Origin: an uncultured Acidobacteriota bacterium
Lineage (GTDB): Bacteria; Acidobacteriota; Vicinamibacteria; Vicinamibacterales; JAKQTR01
Reading direction: 5' to 3'
Assembly (NCBI GenBank): GCA_963809475.1
Contig: CAWEJS010000002.1
Span: 471,722 to 535,721, forward strand
DNA length: 64,000 bases
The notes below the pieces were generated by a model that saw only the letters and a program-made list of their open reading frames with translations, had not been told where the DNA came from and did no database searches. Positions 55,710-64,000 of this stretch are shown here, one piece after another. How positions within the stretch are numbered: the stretch's first letter is position 1; every line of letters begins with the position of its first letter. The translations under genes and the position numbers were made by a program.

Positions 55710-57257
55710 CTACCAGCCTGCGCGGTACTCGCGCGTGAGGAACGCGTTCGCCTCGGGCACGTTCGTGATCTTCGCGGCGGCGGAGTCCCAGAGCAGCCGC
55801 CGCCCGCCGAGGCGCAGCGAAATGGCTGCCAGGTTGACCGCGTCGCAAATCGGTCCCGCCAGCTGGAAATCGCCGTAGCTCCGCGGCCCGCCCTTGAAGG
55901 CCGCAATCCACGCCGCGTCGCGCTCGGAGACGCGCGGGCGGCCGTCCCGTTCACCGCGGGCCCGGGGCTGGGGCGGCTCAGGTTCCGGCAGGTTGTTCGC
56001 CGCCCGGTAGGCGCGCATCTTTGCATCGGGGATCACCAGCGGGTTCTCGGCGCGGAAGCCTCCCAGAATCCTGCCCGCGTCGCCGACGAACAGCATCCCC
56101 TCCTCGGAGAGTTCCTTGTTCTCGGCCATCAGCTCCTCCGGCACGGGCGGCTTGATGCCGCCGTCGTACCAGAAGATGTCGAGCGCCGGACGGGAGCCTT
56201 TAGGAGCAAACCTCATCCGGATCGTGCACGCGGCCGGGAAGGAATAGTCGTTCCTGATCTGGATGCACACGTCGCCGTCCACCCCGCACACGTGGCTGGG
56301 CGTCGACTCGACGCTCATCGGCGCGTCCAGCTCGAGCAGCTGGAAGATCGGCCACAGGCTGTAGTGCCCCATGTCGGCGATGGACCCTCCACCGAACTCG
56401 AACCAGCCGCGGAAGTTCGTGTGCGTGTAGGCGGGGTGGTACGGGCGGTCGAGCGACGGGCCGAGCCAGAGCGTCCAGTCGAAACCCGCGGGAACCGGCG
56501 GCGTGTCCGTCGGCACGGTCGGGAACTGGGGCCACATCGGGCGCATGGACCAGTTGTGGATCTCGCGCAGGCTCCCGATGGCGCCGTTCTTGACCATGTC
56601 CAGCGCCTGCTTCTGGGCGGCGCCCTCGCTCGCGGGGAGGAAGTGGGTGGCCAGCTTCGCCGCGCGGGCGGCGTCGATGACGGCCCGCGCCTCCAGCAGG
56701 CGATTGGCCAGGGGCTTGTGCACGATCACGTTCATGCCCTTCCGCAGGGCCGCGATCGAAATGGCCGCGTGGGTGTGGTCCGGCGTCATGACCTTCACCG
56801 CCGTGACGTCCTTCTCCTTCTCCAGCAGTTCGCGGAAGTCCACGTAGGTCGCACACCCCGTCGACGGCTGTGTGCCCCGCTCCTTCGCGTAGTAGGCGTC
56901 CACGATCTCCTTGCCGACGTCGCGTCCGCCGGGCACGTGGTTGAAGCCCTCCCGCCACGTCGGGTTCTCGATGAGCCTCCTGATGCCGTCCCTGATCTGG
57001 TTCTTGCCCCATTCCAGGTAGTTGACGCCGTCCTTCTCGACGTCGCACACGGCGACCACCTCGACGTCCGGGCTGGCGAGGATGCCGCCGATCTCCCGGA
57101 TCGCCTGGGTGCCGAATCCGACGCATGCGAGCGTGATCTTGTCGCTCGGCGCCACGAACCCGGCGCCCCCCAGCACGCGTCGCGGCACGATCGTGAACGT
57201 GGCGGCGGCCGCCGCCGCGCCGGAGAGGAACTCGCGTCGATTCATTTCAGATGGCAT
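55710..57257 (-). CDS. Tat-exported Gfo/Idh/MocA-family oxidoreductase
   Basis: ATG 57257 gives MPSEMNRREFLSGAAAAAATFTIV (twin-arginine), then the Rossmann motif ITLACVGFGTQA. Confidence 0.8.
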   Translation of the reverse strand: MPSEMNRREFLSGAAAAAATFTIVPRRVLGGAGFVAPSDKITLACVGFGTQAIREIGGILASPDVEVVAVCDVEKDGVNYLEWGKNQIRDGIRRLIENPTWREGFNHVPGGRDVGKEIVDAYYAKERGTQPSTGCATYVDFRELLEKEKDVTAVKVMTPDHTHAAISIAALRKGMNVIVHKPLANRLLEARAVIDAARAAKLATHFLPASEGAAQKQALDMVKNGAIGSLREIHNWSMRPMWPQFPTVPTDTPPVPAGFDWTLWLGPSLDRPYHPAYTHTNFRGWFEFGGGSIADMGHYSLWPIFQLLELDAPMSVESTPSHVCGVDGDVCIQIRNDYSFPAACTIRMRFAPKGSRPALDIFWYDGGIKPPVPEELMAENKELSEEGMLFVGDAGRILGGFRAENPLVIPDAKMRAYRAANNLPEPEPPQPRARGERDGRPRVSERDAAWIAAFKGGPRSYGDFQLAGPICDAVNLAAISLRLGGRRLLWDSAAAKITNVPEANAFLTREYRAGW

Positions 57258-57392
57258 GTCGTCGGCCTCCACGAAAGCTGGAATCCTGGCCGGGAGGAGC
57301 CCCGCGCGACGCGGGCGCGCCCCTGCCTGCACGGAGGTTCATAGCACGATCGCCGTCTGATTGCACGGGCCGCTCGCGGAACCGGCCGGGCG

Positions 57393-58973
57393 TCACGTCC
57401 CTGGCCCGCCCGGGGTTCGTCTCCACTGCCGTCCGTCCCGGGCCATCAGCGCGTCGGCCTCGGCCGGCCCCCAGGTGAACGCCGGATACTCGTGGAGCAG
57501 CGCCGAAGGCGACGCGTCAATGAGGTCTAGAATGGGCGCGACGACCTTCCACCCGGCTTCGACCATGTCGGCCCGATGGAACAGCGTCGCGTCGCCGTTC
57601 ATGCAGTCGTAGAGCAGGGTCTCGTACCCGGTGCTGGGCGCGCCGGGGAAGTAGTCCGCGTAGCTGAAGGCCATGTTGACCGTGCCCAGGCGCACCTGGT
57701 TGCCGGGCACCTTGGCCTGGAATGTGAGCGAGATCCCCTCGTCTGGCTGGATCCGGATCGCCAGCTCGTTCGGCTCGAGACACTCGATCGGCGTGTCACG
57801 AAAGAGCCTCAGCGGCGGGCGGCGGAACTGGATGGCGATTTCGGACGCGCGCACGGGCAGCCGCTTCCCGGTGCGCAGGTAGAACGGCACGTCCGCCCAC
57901 CGCCAATTGTCGACGAGCAGCTTGAGCGCCACGTACGTCTCGGTCGTAGAGCCCGGCGCCACGTGCGGTTCGGCGCGGTAGCCGGGGACGCCGCGGCCGC
58001 CGTCTTCCCCCGCCGTGTACTGGCCGCGCACCACGCTCGCCCGCACCTCCTCGGGGGAACAGAGGTGGATGGCGTGCAGCACCTTCACCCGCTCGTCGCG
58101 CACGGCGTCCGCGTCGAACGAGATGGGAGGCTCCATCGCCGTCAGCGCGAGCAACTGGAACAGGTGGTTCTGCACCATGTCCCGGAGCGCGCCGGCGCCG
58201 TCGTAGTAGAGCCCGCGGTCCTCGACGCCGACCGTCTCCGCGACGGTGATCTGCACGTGGTCCACGTAACGCCGGTTCCAGATCGGCTCGAAGATCCCGT
58301 TCGCGAACCGGAACGCCATCAGGTTCTGGACGGTCTCTTTCCCGAGGTAGTGATCGATGCGGTAGATCTGGTGCTCGCCCAGCGTGGCCTTCAGCTGCTG
58401 GTTGAGACGGACTGCGGACGCGAGGTCGTACCCGAAGGGCTTCTCGACGATCACGCGCCGCCACCGGTCCGGCTCCTCGTGCAGCAGGCCGGCGGCGCCG
58501 AGCCGGAGGATGATCTCGGGCATCGCGTTCGGCGGCGTCGCGAGATAGAACAGGCGGCCGGCCGGCGGATGGCCCGGCCCGTCGAGGGAGTCCAGCCTCC
58601 GGGAGAGCGCGTCGTAGCTCGCGGTGCTGTCGAGCGCCTCGAACGCGTAGAACAGGCGCGGCGCCAGCCACGTCCACAGGCCGGGGTCGGGCGCCGCCGC
58701 GCCGAAGTCGCGAAGATCCTGCTGCACCTTCGCGCGGTAGGCCTCGTCGTCCATCGGTTGCCGGCCGACCGCCAGCACGCGGAACCGATCGGGGAGCGCC
58801 TGCCGGCTGGCGAGGTTGTAGATCGCCGGCAGGAGCTTGCGCTTGGCCAGGTCGCCGGTGGCGCCGAAGATGACCACCGTGCACGGGTCAGCCACACGCA
58901 CCAGGAGCGGGTTCGTGGCGTCGCCGCAGCCGCCGGGGTGCCCGGTCTGCATGTGTGGAGGGTCGGTGCTCAT
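57393..58973 (-). CDS. zwf: glucose-6-phosphate 1-dehydrogenase
   Basis: ATG 58973 shares one nt with the pgl stop (TGATG). FGATGDLAKRKL and RIDHYLGKE motifs are present. Confidence 0.95.
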   Translation of the reverse strand: MSTDPPHMQTGHPGGCGDATNPLLVRVADPCTVVIFGATGDLAKRKLLPAIYNLASRQALPDRFRVLAVGRQPMDDEAYRAKVQQDLRDFGAAAPDPGLWTWLAPRLFYAFEALDSTASYDALSRRLDSLDGPGHPPAGRLFYLATPPNAMPEIILRLGAAGLLHEEPDRWRRVIVEKPFGYDLASAVRLNQQLKATLGEHQIYRIDHYLGKETVQNLMAFRFANGIFEPIWNRRYVDHVQITVAETVGVEDRGLYYDGAGALRDMVQNHLFQLLALTAMEPPISFDADAVRDERVKVLHAIHLCSPEEVRASVVRGQYTAGEDGGRGVPGYRAEPHVAPGSTTETYVALKLLVDNWRWADVPFYLRTGKRLPVRASEIAIQFRRPPLRLFRDTPIECLEPNELAIRIQPDEGISLTFQAKVPGNQVRLGTVNMAFSYADYFPGAPSTGYETLLYDCMNGDATLFHRADMVEAGWKVVAPILDLIDASPSALLHEYPAFTWGPAEADALMARDGRQWRRTPGGPGT

Positions 58974-59755
58974 CACGGTTTCTCCTGCGCCGGCGACGCA
59001 TGCCGCCGCGACGCCGTCAATGCCGACGCCGCGGCCCGGTCGGCCAGCCACATCACGATGCCTCGCGCATCGCGCAGACCCTGGATCGGGAGCCGCTCGG
59101 GCAGGTGCGGTCCCTCGAACACGTCCCGGAGAGCCGCGGCCTTCTCCTGGCCGGCCACGAGCACGAGCGTGCACGCCGCACTCGTCAGCACCGGCATCGA
59201 CAGCGTGATCCGGAACGCGTCGAGCGTCTCCACCCACGGCGCAACGACCAGGCGCGTCCGCTCGCGCAGGGCGGGGGATCCCGGGAAGAGCGACGCCGTG
59301 TGGCCGTCGGCGCCCATGCCCAGCAGCAGCAGGTCGAACGACGGGCGCTCGCCCTCCCCCAGGTCGAACACGCCGCGCAGCGTCACCTCGTACGCGGAGG
59401 CGGCCGACTCCGGATCCGCGCACTCGGAGGCGATGCGGTGGATCTGGGCGGCGGGGATTGGCACGTGGTCCAGCAGCGCTTCCCGGGCCATCCGATAGTT
59501 GCTGTCACGGTGCGCGGGCGGGACGTGGCGTTCGTCGCCCCAACAGACGTGCACGCCGGACCACGGCACGGCATCCCGGAACTTCGGCTCTCCGGCGAGC
59601 ATGCGGTAGAGCCGTTCCGGGGTCGAGCCGCCGGAGAGGGCGATGACGAAGCGGCCGCGCCGCTCCACCGACTCCCGCGCGAGACGGACCACCGTTTCCG
59701 CCGCGGACCGTGCGAGGTCCTCAGCCGTGTCGAGAACGGTCAGGTCCTGTTGCAT
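58973..59755 (-). CDS. pgl: 6-phosphogluconolactonase
   Basis: ALSGGSTP and LLLGMGADGHTASLFPG motifs are present. Confidence 0.92.
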   Translation of the reverse strand: MQQDLTVLDTAEDLARSAAETVVRLARESVERRGRFVIALSGGSTPERLYRMLAGEPKFRDAVPWSGVHVCWGDERHVPPAHRDSNYRMAREALLDHVPIPAAQIHRIASECADPESAASAYEVTLRGVFDLGEGERPSFDLLLLGMGADGHTASLFPGSPALRERTRLVVAPWVETLDAFRITLSMPVLTSAACTLVLVAGQEKAAALRDVFEGPHLPERLPIQGLRDARGIVMWLADRAAASALTASRRHASPAQEKP

Positions 59756-59921
59756 GGCCTCCAGGTCGTTGTCGCACGGCCCGGCGCCGCACCGTGAGGG
59801 AAGGTCGCCGCTTCATCATCGCACACGCCTGCCTCTCCCGAGCCTCCAGCCCCGCTTGCCTCGCCGAAGCCCCGCCGAGGGGGTGTGCGGACCGAGCCGA
59901 GGGCGGAGGCGGGAGCCCCGA

Positions 59922-61088
59922 ATGTATAGTTCCCCCATGACCTACGACTTCGACCTCCCCGTCGACCGCCTCCATTCCGACAGCACCAAGTGGCGCGTCT
60001 ACGGCCCGGACGTGCTGCCGCTCTGGACCGCCGACATGGACTTCCGCGTGCCGGAACCGGTCATCGCCGCCATGCGCGCGCGGGTCGATCACGGCATCTT
60101 CGGCTACTGCGTCGAGCCGCCCGAACTGCGCGAGGTCCTTGTCGAGCGCCTCGACCGCCTCTATCAATGGCGCGTCGCACCCGAAGCCATCATCTTTGAG
60201 ACCGGCGTGCTGACGGGGTTCCAGCACGTCTGTCGAGTGGCTGCGGGCGCGGCGGACGGCATCATCGTGCAGCCGCCCGTCTATCCGCCCATCTTCGGCG
60301 CGCCGCGGCACAACGGCTCGATCCACCAGGAGGCGCCGCTCGTGACGCGGCCGGACGGCCGCTGGGAGATCGACGTCGACGCGTTCGAGTCCGCCATCAC
60401 CGGCCAGACGCGGGTGTTCATCCTGTGCAACCCGCACAACCCCGTCGGCCGCGTGTTCCGCCGCGACGAACTCGAGCGCCTTGCCGCGATCTGCCTCCGC
60501 CGGAACGTCCTCGTCTGCTCCGACGAGATCCACTGCGATCTTGTGTTTCCCGGCTATCGGCACACGCCCATCGCGTCGCTCGATGCGGAGGTCGCGCAGC
60601 ACAGCGTGACGCTGATGGCGCCGAGCAAGACGTTCAACGTGCCGGGCCTGCGCTGCTCGTTCGCCATCGTGCCGGACCCTGCGCTCCGCAAGCGGCTGGC
60701 TGGAGACGAGTCGCACCAGTTCTCAGAGGTCAACAACATGGGCCTGGTCGCCGCGCTCGCGGCGTATCGCGACGGCCAGGAGTGGCTCGACCAGGTGCTC
60801 GCCTACCTGCTCGCGAACCGCGACTTCGTCGCCGAGTTCGTGCGACGGGAGATGCCGGGCGTCGAGATGGCCGTGCCCGAAGCGACCTACCTGGCGTGGC
60901 TGGACTGCCGGCGCAGCGGAATCCAAGGCAGCCCGCAGCAGTTCTTCCTTGAACGCGCCCGGGTGGCGCTCCACGACGGCGCCTGGTTCGGGACGCGCGG
61001 CGACGGGTTCGTACGCCTCAACTTCGGCTGCACCCGCGCGACGCTCGCCGCCGCGCTCTCACGCATGAGCGCGGCGCTGCGAGGCTAG
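59922..61088 (+). CDS. class I/II PLP aminotransferase of the MalY/PatB (cystathionine beta-lyase-like) type
   Basis: ATG 59922 follows GGAGGCGGGAG. ...DRLHSDSTKW...PLWTADMDF... and the SKTFNVPGL PLP-lysine region are present. Confidence 0.85.
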   Translation: MYSSPMTYDFDLPVDRLHSDSTKWRVYGPDVLPLWTADMDFRVPEPVIAAMRARVDHGIFGYCVEPPELREVLVERLDRLYQWRVAPEAIIFETGVLTGFQHVCRVAAGAADGIIVQPPVYPPIFGAPRHNGSIHQEAPLVTRPDGRWEIDVDAFESAITGQTRVFILCNPHNPVGRVFRRDELERLAAICLRRNVLVCSDEIHCDLVFPGYRHTPIASLDAEVAQHSVTLMAPSKTFNVPGLRCSFAIVPDPALRKRLAGDESHQFSEVNNMGLVAALAAYRDGQEWLDQVLAYLLANRDFVAEFVRREMPGVEMAVPEATYLAWLDCRRSGIQGSPQQFFLERARVALHDGAWFGTRGDGFVRLNFGCTRATLAAALSRMSAALRG

Positions 61089-61221
61089 CGGGCAGGACCC
61101 GCGTACCGGCGCGCGCCCACGCGGGTGACGGCGGCGCTTTCCATCTGGCCGCAGGCATATCAGCGTCAGTTCAGCCGAGCACAGATGGAAACGTCGCCGG
61201 CAGGACCCGCGCACCGGCGCG

Positions 61222-62010
61222 CTACAGATGCCGCCACCAGGCGCGGTGCTTATCGTGGAGCTCTTCCATCGTCGGCATGCGGTAGAAGAGGAAGCGCTCG
61301 CCGTCCGAGAAGTAGAACCCCGGCTGGATGTTCTTGAAGCTCGTCAGGTCCAGGTTGCCGTTGAGGCTGAGCGTCTTCGTCCGCTTGGCCGGGATGTCGG
61401 CCAGCTCTTTGAGCGTGCTCGAGAGGTTCGCCGGGTTCACGTTGGGGAGCAGGCCGCTGTGCGACAGCACGTCGCGCCGGTTCACGATCGCTTCGGCGTC
61501 GATGTCCCACTGGGCGAAGAAGATCTTCGGGGCGCCCTTCGACCACGTGCCTGCCGTGATGTAGGCCCCGAACGACCTTGGCTCCAGGCTGGAGGCCACC
61601 ACCAGCCGCAGCGGGCAGATCTCCTGGTAGACGCGGACGCGGCCCTTCCGGCCCTGATCCACCGGCTCGTCGCTCGCGTCGAGCCCGAGGACGGCGCCGT
61701 CGGTGGTCACGAGGTAGAGCTTCCGCAACGCGGAGAGGTCGATGTGCTCGAGCACGCGGTACGACCTCACGAACTTGGTGCGTTTCGGCTTGCCGGGCTC
61801 GCCCGACTCCGTCTGGCCGAGGTACTCGTCGATGCGCAGGTACTCGTTCCGGTACGCGAGGTCCACCTCGGCGAAGATCACCTTGCCCGTGAAGTGCCTC
61901 GGGCTGCCGATCGAATAGTGGGCGCCGAATGCCTCCGGGGACAGCTGCGACGCCACGAGCGCCTCGTTCGGATGGAGGATCAGGTACAGGTGCTTCTGGA
62001 ACTCGGACAT
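61222..62010 (-). CDS. conserved-looking hypothetical protein (262 aa), no family recognised
   Basis: ATG 62010 gives MSEFQKHLYLILHPNEALVASQL.... The composition is balanced and protein-like. There is no signal peptide or TM segment, and no motif I can name. Confidence 0.6.
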   Translation of the reverse strand: MSEFQKHLYLILHPNEALVASQLSPEAFGAHYSIGSPRHFTGKVIFAEVDLAYRNEYLRIDEYLGQTESGEPGKPKRTKFVRSYRVLEHIDLSALRKLYLVTTDGAVLGLDASDEPVDQGRKGRVRVYQEICPLRLVVASSLEPRSFGAYITAGTWSKGAPKIFFAQWDIDAEAIVNRRDVLSHSGLLPNVNPANLSSTLKELADIPAKRTKTLSLNGNLDLTSFKNIQPGFYFSDGERFLFYRMPTMEELHDKHRAWWRHL

Positions 62011-62116
62011 CAGCCACTCCTGCGCGAAAGGCCGGCGGAGGGCCGGCACGAGGGAATCCTGTGAAGTTTATATCGGAACTGGCGGTCCTGCAGGCCCGCG
62101 GTATCATCGGGGTTCC

Positions 62117-63394
62117 ATGACCGAACGCCCCGGTTCGCCCCCTCCCGGAGGAGCCGGCGCGGTGCCGCGCCAGGCGTGGGCCGTGCTCTGGCTGATGACC
62201 GGCTTCAACGTCCTCAACTTCGTGGACCGGCAGCTCATCGCCAGCCTCGCGCCGCTCCTCATGGCCGATCTGCACCTGTCGCGCTCGCAGATCGGCCTGC
62301 TCGCCGGCTTCGCCTTCGTCGTGTTCTACACGCTCGTCGGCATGGTGCTGGGCGTCGCGGCCGACCGCTGGTCGCGGCGGGCCATCATCGCGTGGGGCGT
62401 GTCGCTCTGGAGCGTCATGACCGCCGTGTCCGGCGCGGCGCGCGGCTTCCTCCACCTCGCCGTCCCGCGCGTGCTGGTCGGCGTCGGCGAGGCGACCCTC
62501 ACCCCGGCCGCCCTGTCCATGCTGGCCGACGCCTTCCCGAGCCGGCGGCTCGGCCTTGCCACCGGCATCTACTACACCGGACTGCCCGTCGGGACCGCGC
62601 TGAGCCTTGTCGTGGCGGGTCTGGTGGCGCCCCGCTTCGGCTGGCGCGCCTGTTTCTACGTGCTCGGCGCGACCGGACTGCTGGCCGTCGGGCTGCTCTA
62701 TGCCGTGCGCGAGCCGCTGCGGCGCGCGAGAACGACATCGGCGGCGGCGGCCGGAGCCAGCGGCACGCCTTCGCTCGGCGCCATCGCCGGCGACCTGCGC
62801 AGAGCGCTCACGGGGCAGCCGTCGCTCGGCCTCGTCATGCTCGGCGGCGCGGGCCTCGCATATGGGTCGGCCGCCGCGATACACGGCATCACCTGGCTCG
62901 TCCAGGAGCGCGGGTTCACCTTCGCCGGCGCCGTCTACACGGCGGGTCTGATGACCGTCACGTCCGGGCTCCTCGGCAACATCGCCGGCGGATGGGCGGC
63001 GGATTGGTGCGCCCGCCGCTGGCGCGGCGGCCGGAGCTGGAGCCTCGTGCTCCTCACCCTGTTCTTCGCCCCGTTCAGCGCCGGCTTCTACCTGCTGCCC
63101 GCGTCCTCGCCGCTCTTCTACCTGTGCTGGTTCGTCTCGGCCGCGTCCACCGTGGCGTACTTCGGCCCCGTCTTCTCGGCCGTACAGGAGCTTTCGCCGC
63201 CGCACGTCGGCTCCAGCGCCGTGGCCTTCGGCCTGCTCGTGCTGAACATCGTCGGCGTCGGGCCGGGCTCGTGGCTGACCGGCCTCATTGGCGATCGCGC
63301 CAGCCTGACGGCCGGCTTGTTGACGAGCGTCGCGATCAGCACCGCGTCCGTGCTGGCGTTCACCGCCGCCGCGCGCCGATCGCCTCGTCGATGA
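62117..63394 (+). CDS. MFS transporter
   Basis: There are twelve hydrophobic segments, and the DRWSRR-type loop 2-3 motif is GVAADRWSRRA. Confidence 0.88.
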   Translation: MTERPGSPPPGGAGAVPRQAWAVLWLMTGFNVLNFVDRQLIASLAPLLMADLHLSRSQIGLLAGFAFVVFYTLVGMVLGVAADRWSRRAIIAWGVSLWSVMTAVSGAARGFLHLAVPRVLVGVGEATLTPAALSMLADAFPSRRLGLATGIYYTGLPVGTALSLVVAGLVAPRFGWRACFYVLGATGLLAVGLLYAVREPLRRARTTSAAAAGASGTPSLGAIAGDLRRALTGQPSLGLVMLGGAGLAYGSAAAIHGITWLVQERGFTFAGAVYTAGLMTVTSGLLGNIAGGWAADWCARRWRGGRSWSLVLLTLFFAPFSAGFYLLPASSPLFYLCWFVSAASTVAYFGPVFSAVQELSPPHVGSSAVAFGLLVLNIVGVGPGSWLTGLIGDRASLTAGLLTSVAISTASVLAFTAAARRSPRR

Positions 63395-63466
63395 CACGTG
63401 ACGTGACCGCTCGTGTTTGACAACTGATCTGTCCGCTTCCGCGGGGGTGGCGCTGCCGCGGTGTTC

Positions 63467-63475
63467 TGATATAAT
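63467..63475 (+). promoter_or_regulatory. extended -10 element TGaTATAAT upstream of tRNA-Lys
   Basis: A perfect TATAAT at 63470-63475 is preceded by TGa, 66 nt before the tRNA 5' end. There is no convincing -35. Confidence 0.4.
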
Positions 63476-63541
63476 CGCTGTTCCCGGTAGCCACTGCCGG
63501 GCTCGCTGACGGCGCAGGCCGCCAGCGGGGCGCACCAGAGT

Positions 63542-63617
63542 GGGCCGCTAGCTCAATTGGCAGAGCAGCAGACTCTTAATCTGCGGGTTCACGGTTCGAC
63601 TCCGTGGCGGCTCACCA
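63542..63617 (+). tRNA. tRNA-Lys (anticodon CTT), CCA encoded
   Basis: The cloverleaf is GGGCCGC-TA-GCTC-AATTGGCA-GAGC-A-GCAGA-CTCTTAA-TCTGC-GGGTT-CACGG-TTCGACT-CCGTG-GCGGCTC-A-CCA. Confidence 0.9.
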
Positions 63618-63761
63618 GCCTTCGCTCCCCTCCAGATTGCCGCCTCCTTCGGGGAGCTACGGGTAAGCCAAGAACTGGATCGCGACCGTGGCGAGAAACG
63701 CCGCCTGGCCGGGCGTGTTACGGGCTGTTCGGCCTTGCGGAGGCGATGAGGGGTGCCCGGG

Positions 63762-64000
63762 TCAACTCGGGCGGGCCAGCCGCCTGAGCGCTGCAGTCAA
63801 TCGCTCCGTCGCGCGCTCGAGGCGTGCCAGGCCTCCGGTGGCGCCGTCCAAATCAGCGGCCTCGCCCATCATCTCCAAGTGTGCTGCCGCTTCCACAACG
63901 GGCGCCGCGCCAAAGATTCCAGCCGCCCCTTTGAGCGTGTGCGCTGCCAACCGGATCTTCGCGGCATCGCCTCGTTCAACGGCCTCACGAACATCACGCA
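63762..64000 (-). CDS. HPt (histidine phosphotransfer) domain protein, 3' part (start lies beyond the window end)
   Basis: ...AAHTLKGAAGIFGA... is the HxxKG phosphotransfer motif. The frame stays open to the window edge. Confidence 0.7.
   Translation of the reverse strand, partial: RDVREAVERGDAAKIRLAAHTLKGAAGIFGAAPVVEAAAHLEMMGEAADLDGATGGLARLERATERLTAALRRLARPS

Overview
The window is a gene-dense, visibly high-GC (G+C judged by eye, not computed) bacterial chromosome segment. The gene content looks Acidobacteria-like: PD40/TPR proteins, orphan MacB/FtsX-type permeases, and Tat-signal Gfo/Idh/MocA enzymes. That taxonomic call is inference only.

The left quarter (1085-15753, minus strand) is one tightly packed aromatic amino-acid supraoperon: aroD-aroE fusion, trpE, trpG, trpD, trpC, trpF, trpB, trpA, chorismate mutase, DAHP synthase, tyrA, aroA, aroC and an aroK-aroB fusion. 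Many junctions are ATGA/GTGA/TGATG stop-start overlaps.

The best finding lies directly upstream of this operon. It is a promoter-like TTGACA-17-TGaTACTGT, then a 46-codon leader ORF ending ...Ser-Tyr-Trp-Trp-Arg-Asp-Ile-Asp-His-stop, then a perfect 10-bp stem plus U-run terminator 20 nt before the first structural ATG. This is the architecture of a ribosome-mediated Trp attenuator.

The rest of the window holds:
- housekeeping and accessory genes: zwf-pgl, mntH-usp, a CDF transporter, a GH20 hexosaminidase, and a WbpB/D/E-like amino-sugar cluster
- transport genes: a fused SBP-permease amino-acid ABC system, and an MFP plus two MacB-type permeases without an ATPase
- TPP-enzyme genes
- five tRNAs: Arg-TCT, His-GTG, Arg-TCG, Arg-CCG and Lys-CTT
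- an IS3-family transposase remnant beside tRNA-Arg
- two apparently frameshifted TonB-system genes

Other points worth a second look:
- Short intergenic heptamer arrays (GGGACTC/AGGAGTC type, each unit carrying a GANTC site). Three satisfy the G3N4 x4 quadruplex rule and sit in intercistronic or 5' regions.
- A recurring GGGGCCTGGCCCC hairpin motif.
- A 540-bp ORF-free, hairpin-dense gap between convergent genes with a sigma-54-like TGGCAG-N5-TTGCT element.
- A convergent-gene spacer bounded by a 26/28-nt direct repeat.

All calls rest on reading the translations and the DNA by eye. No database search or folding program was run.
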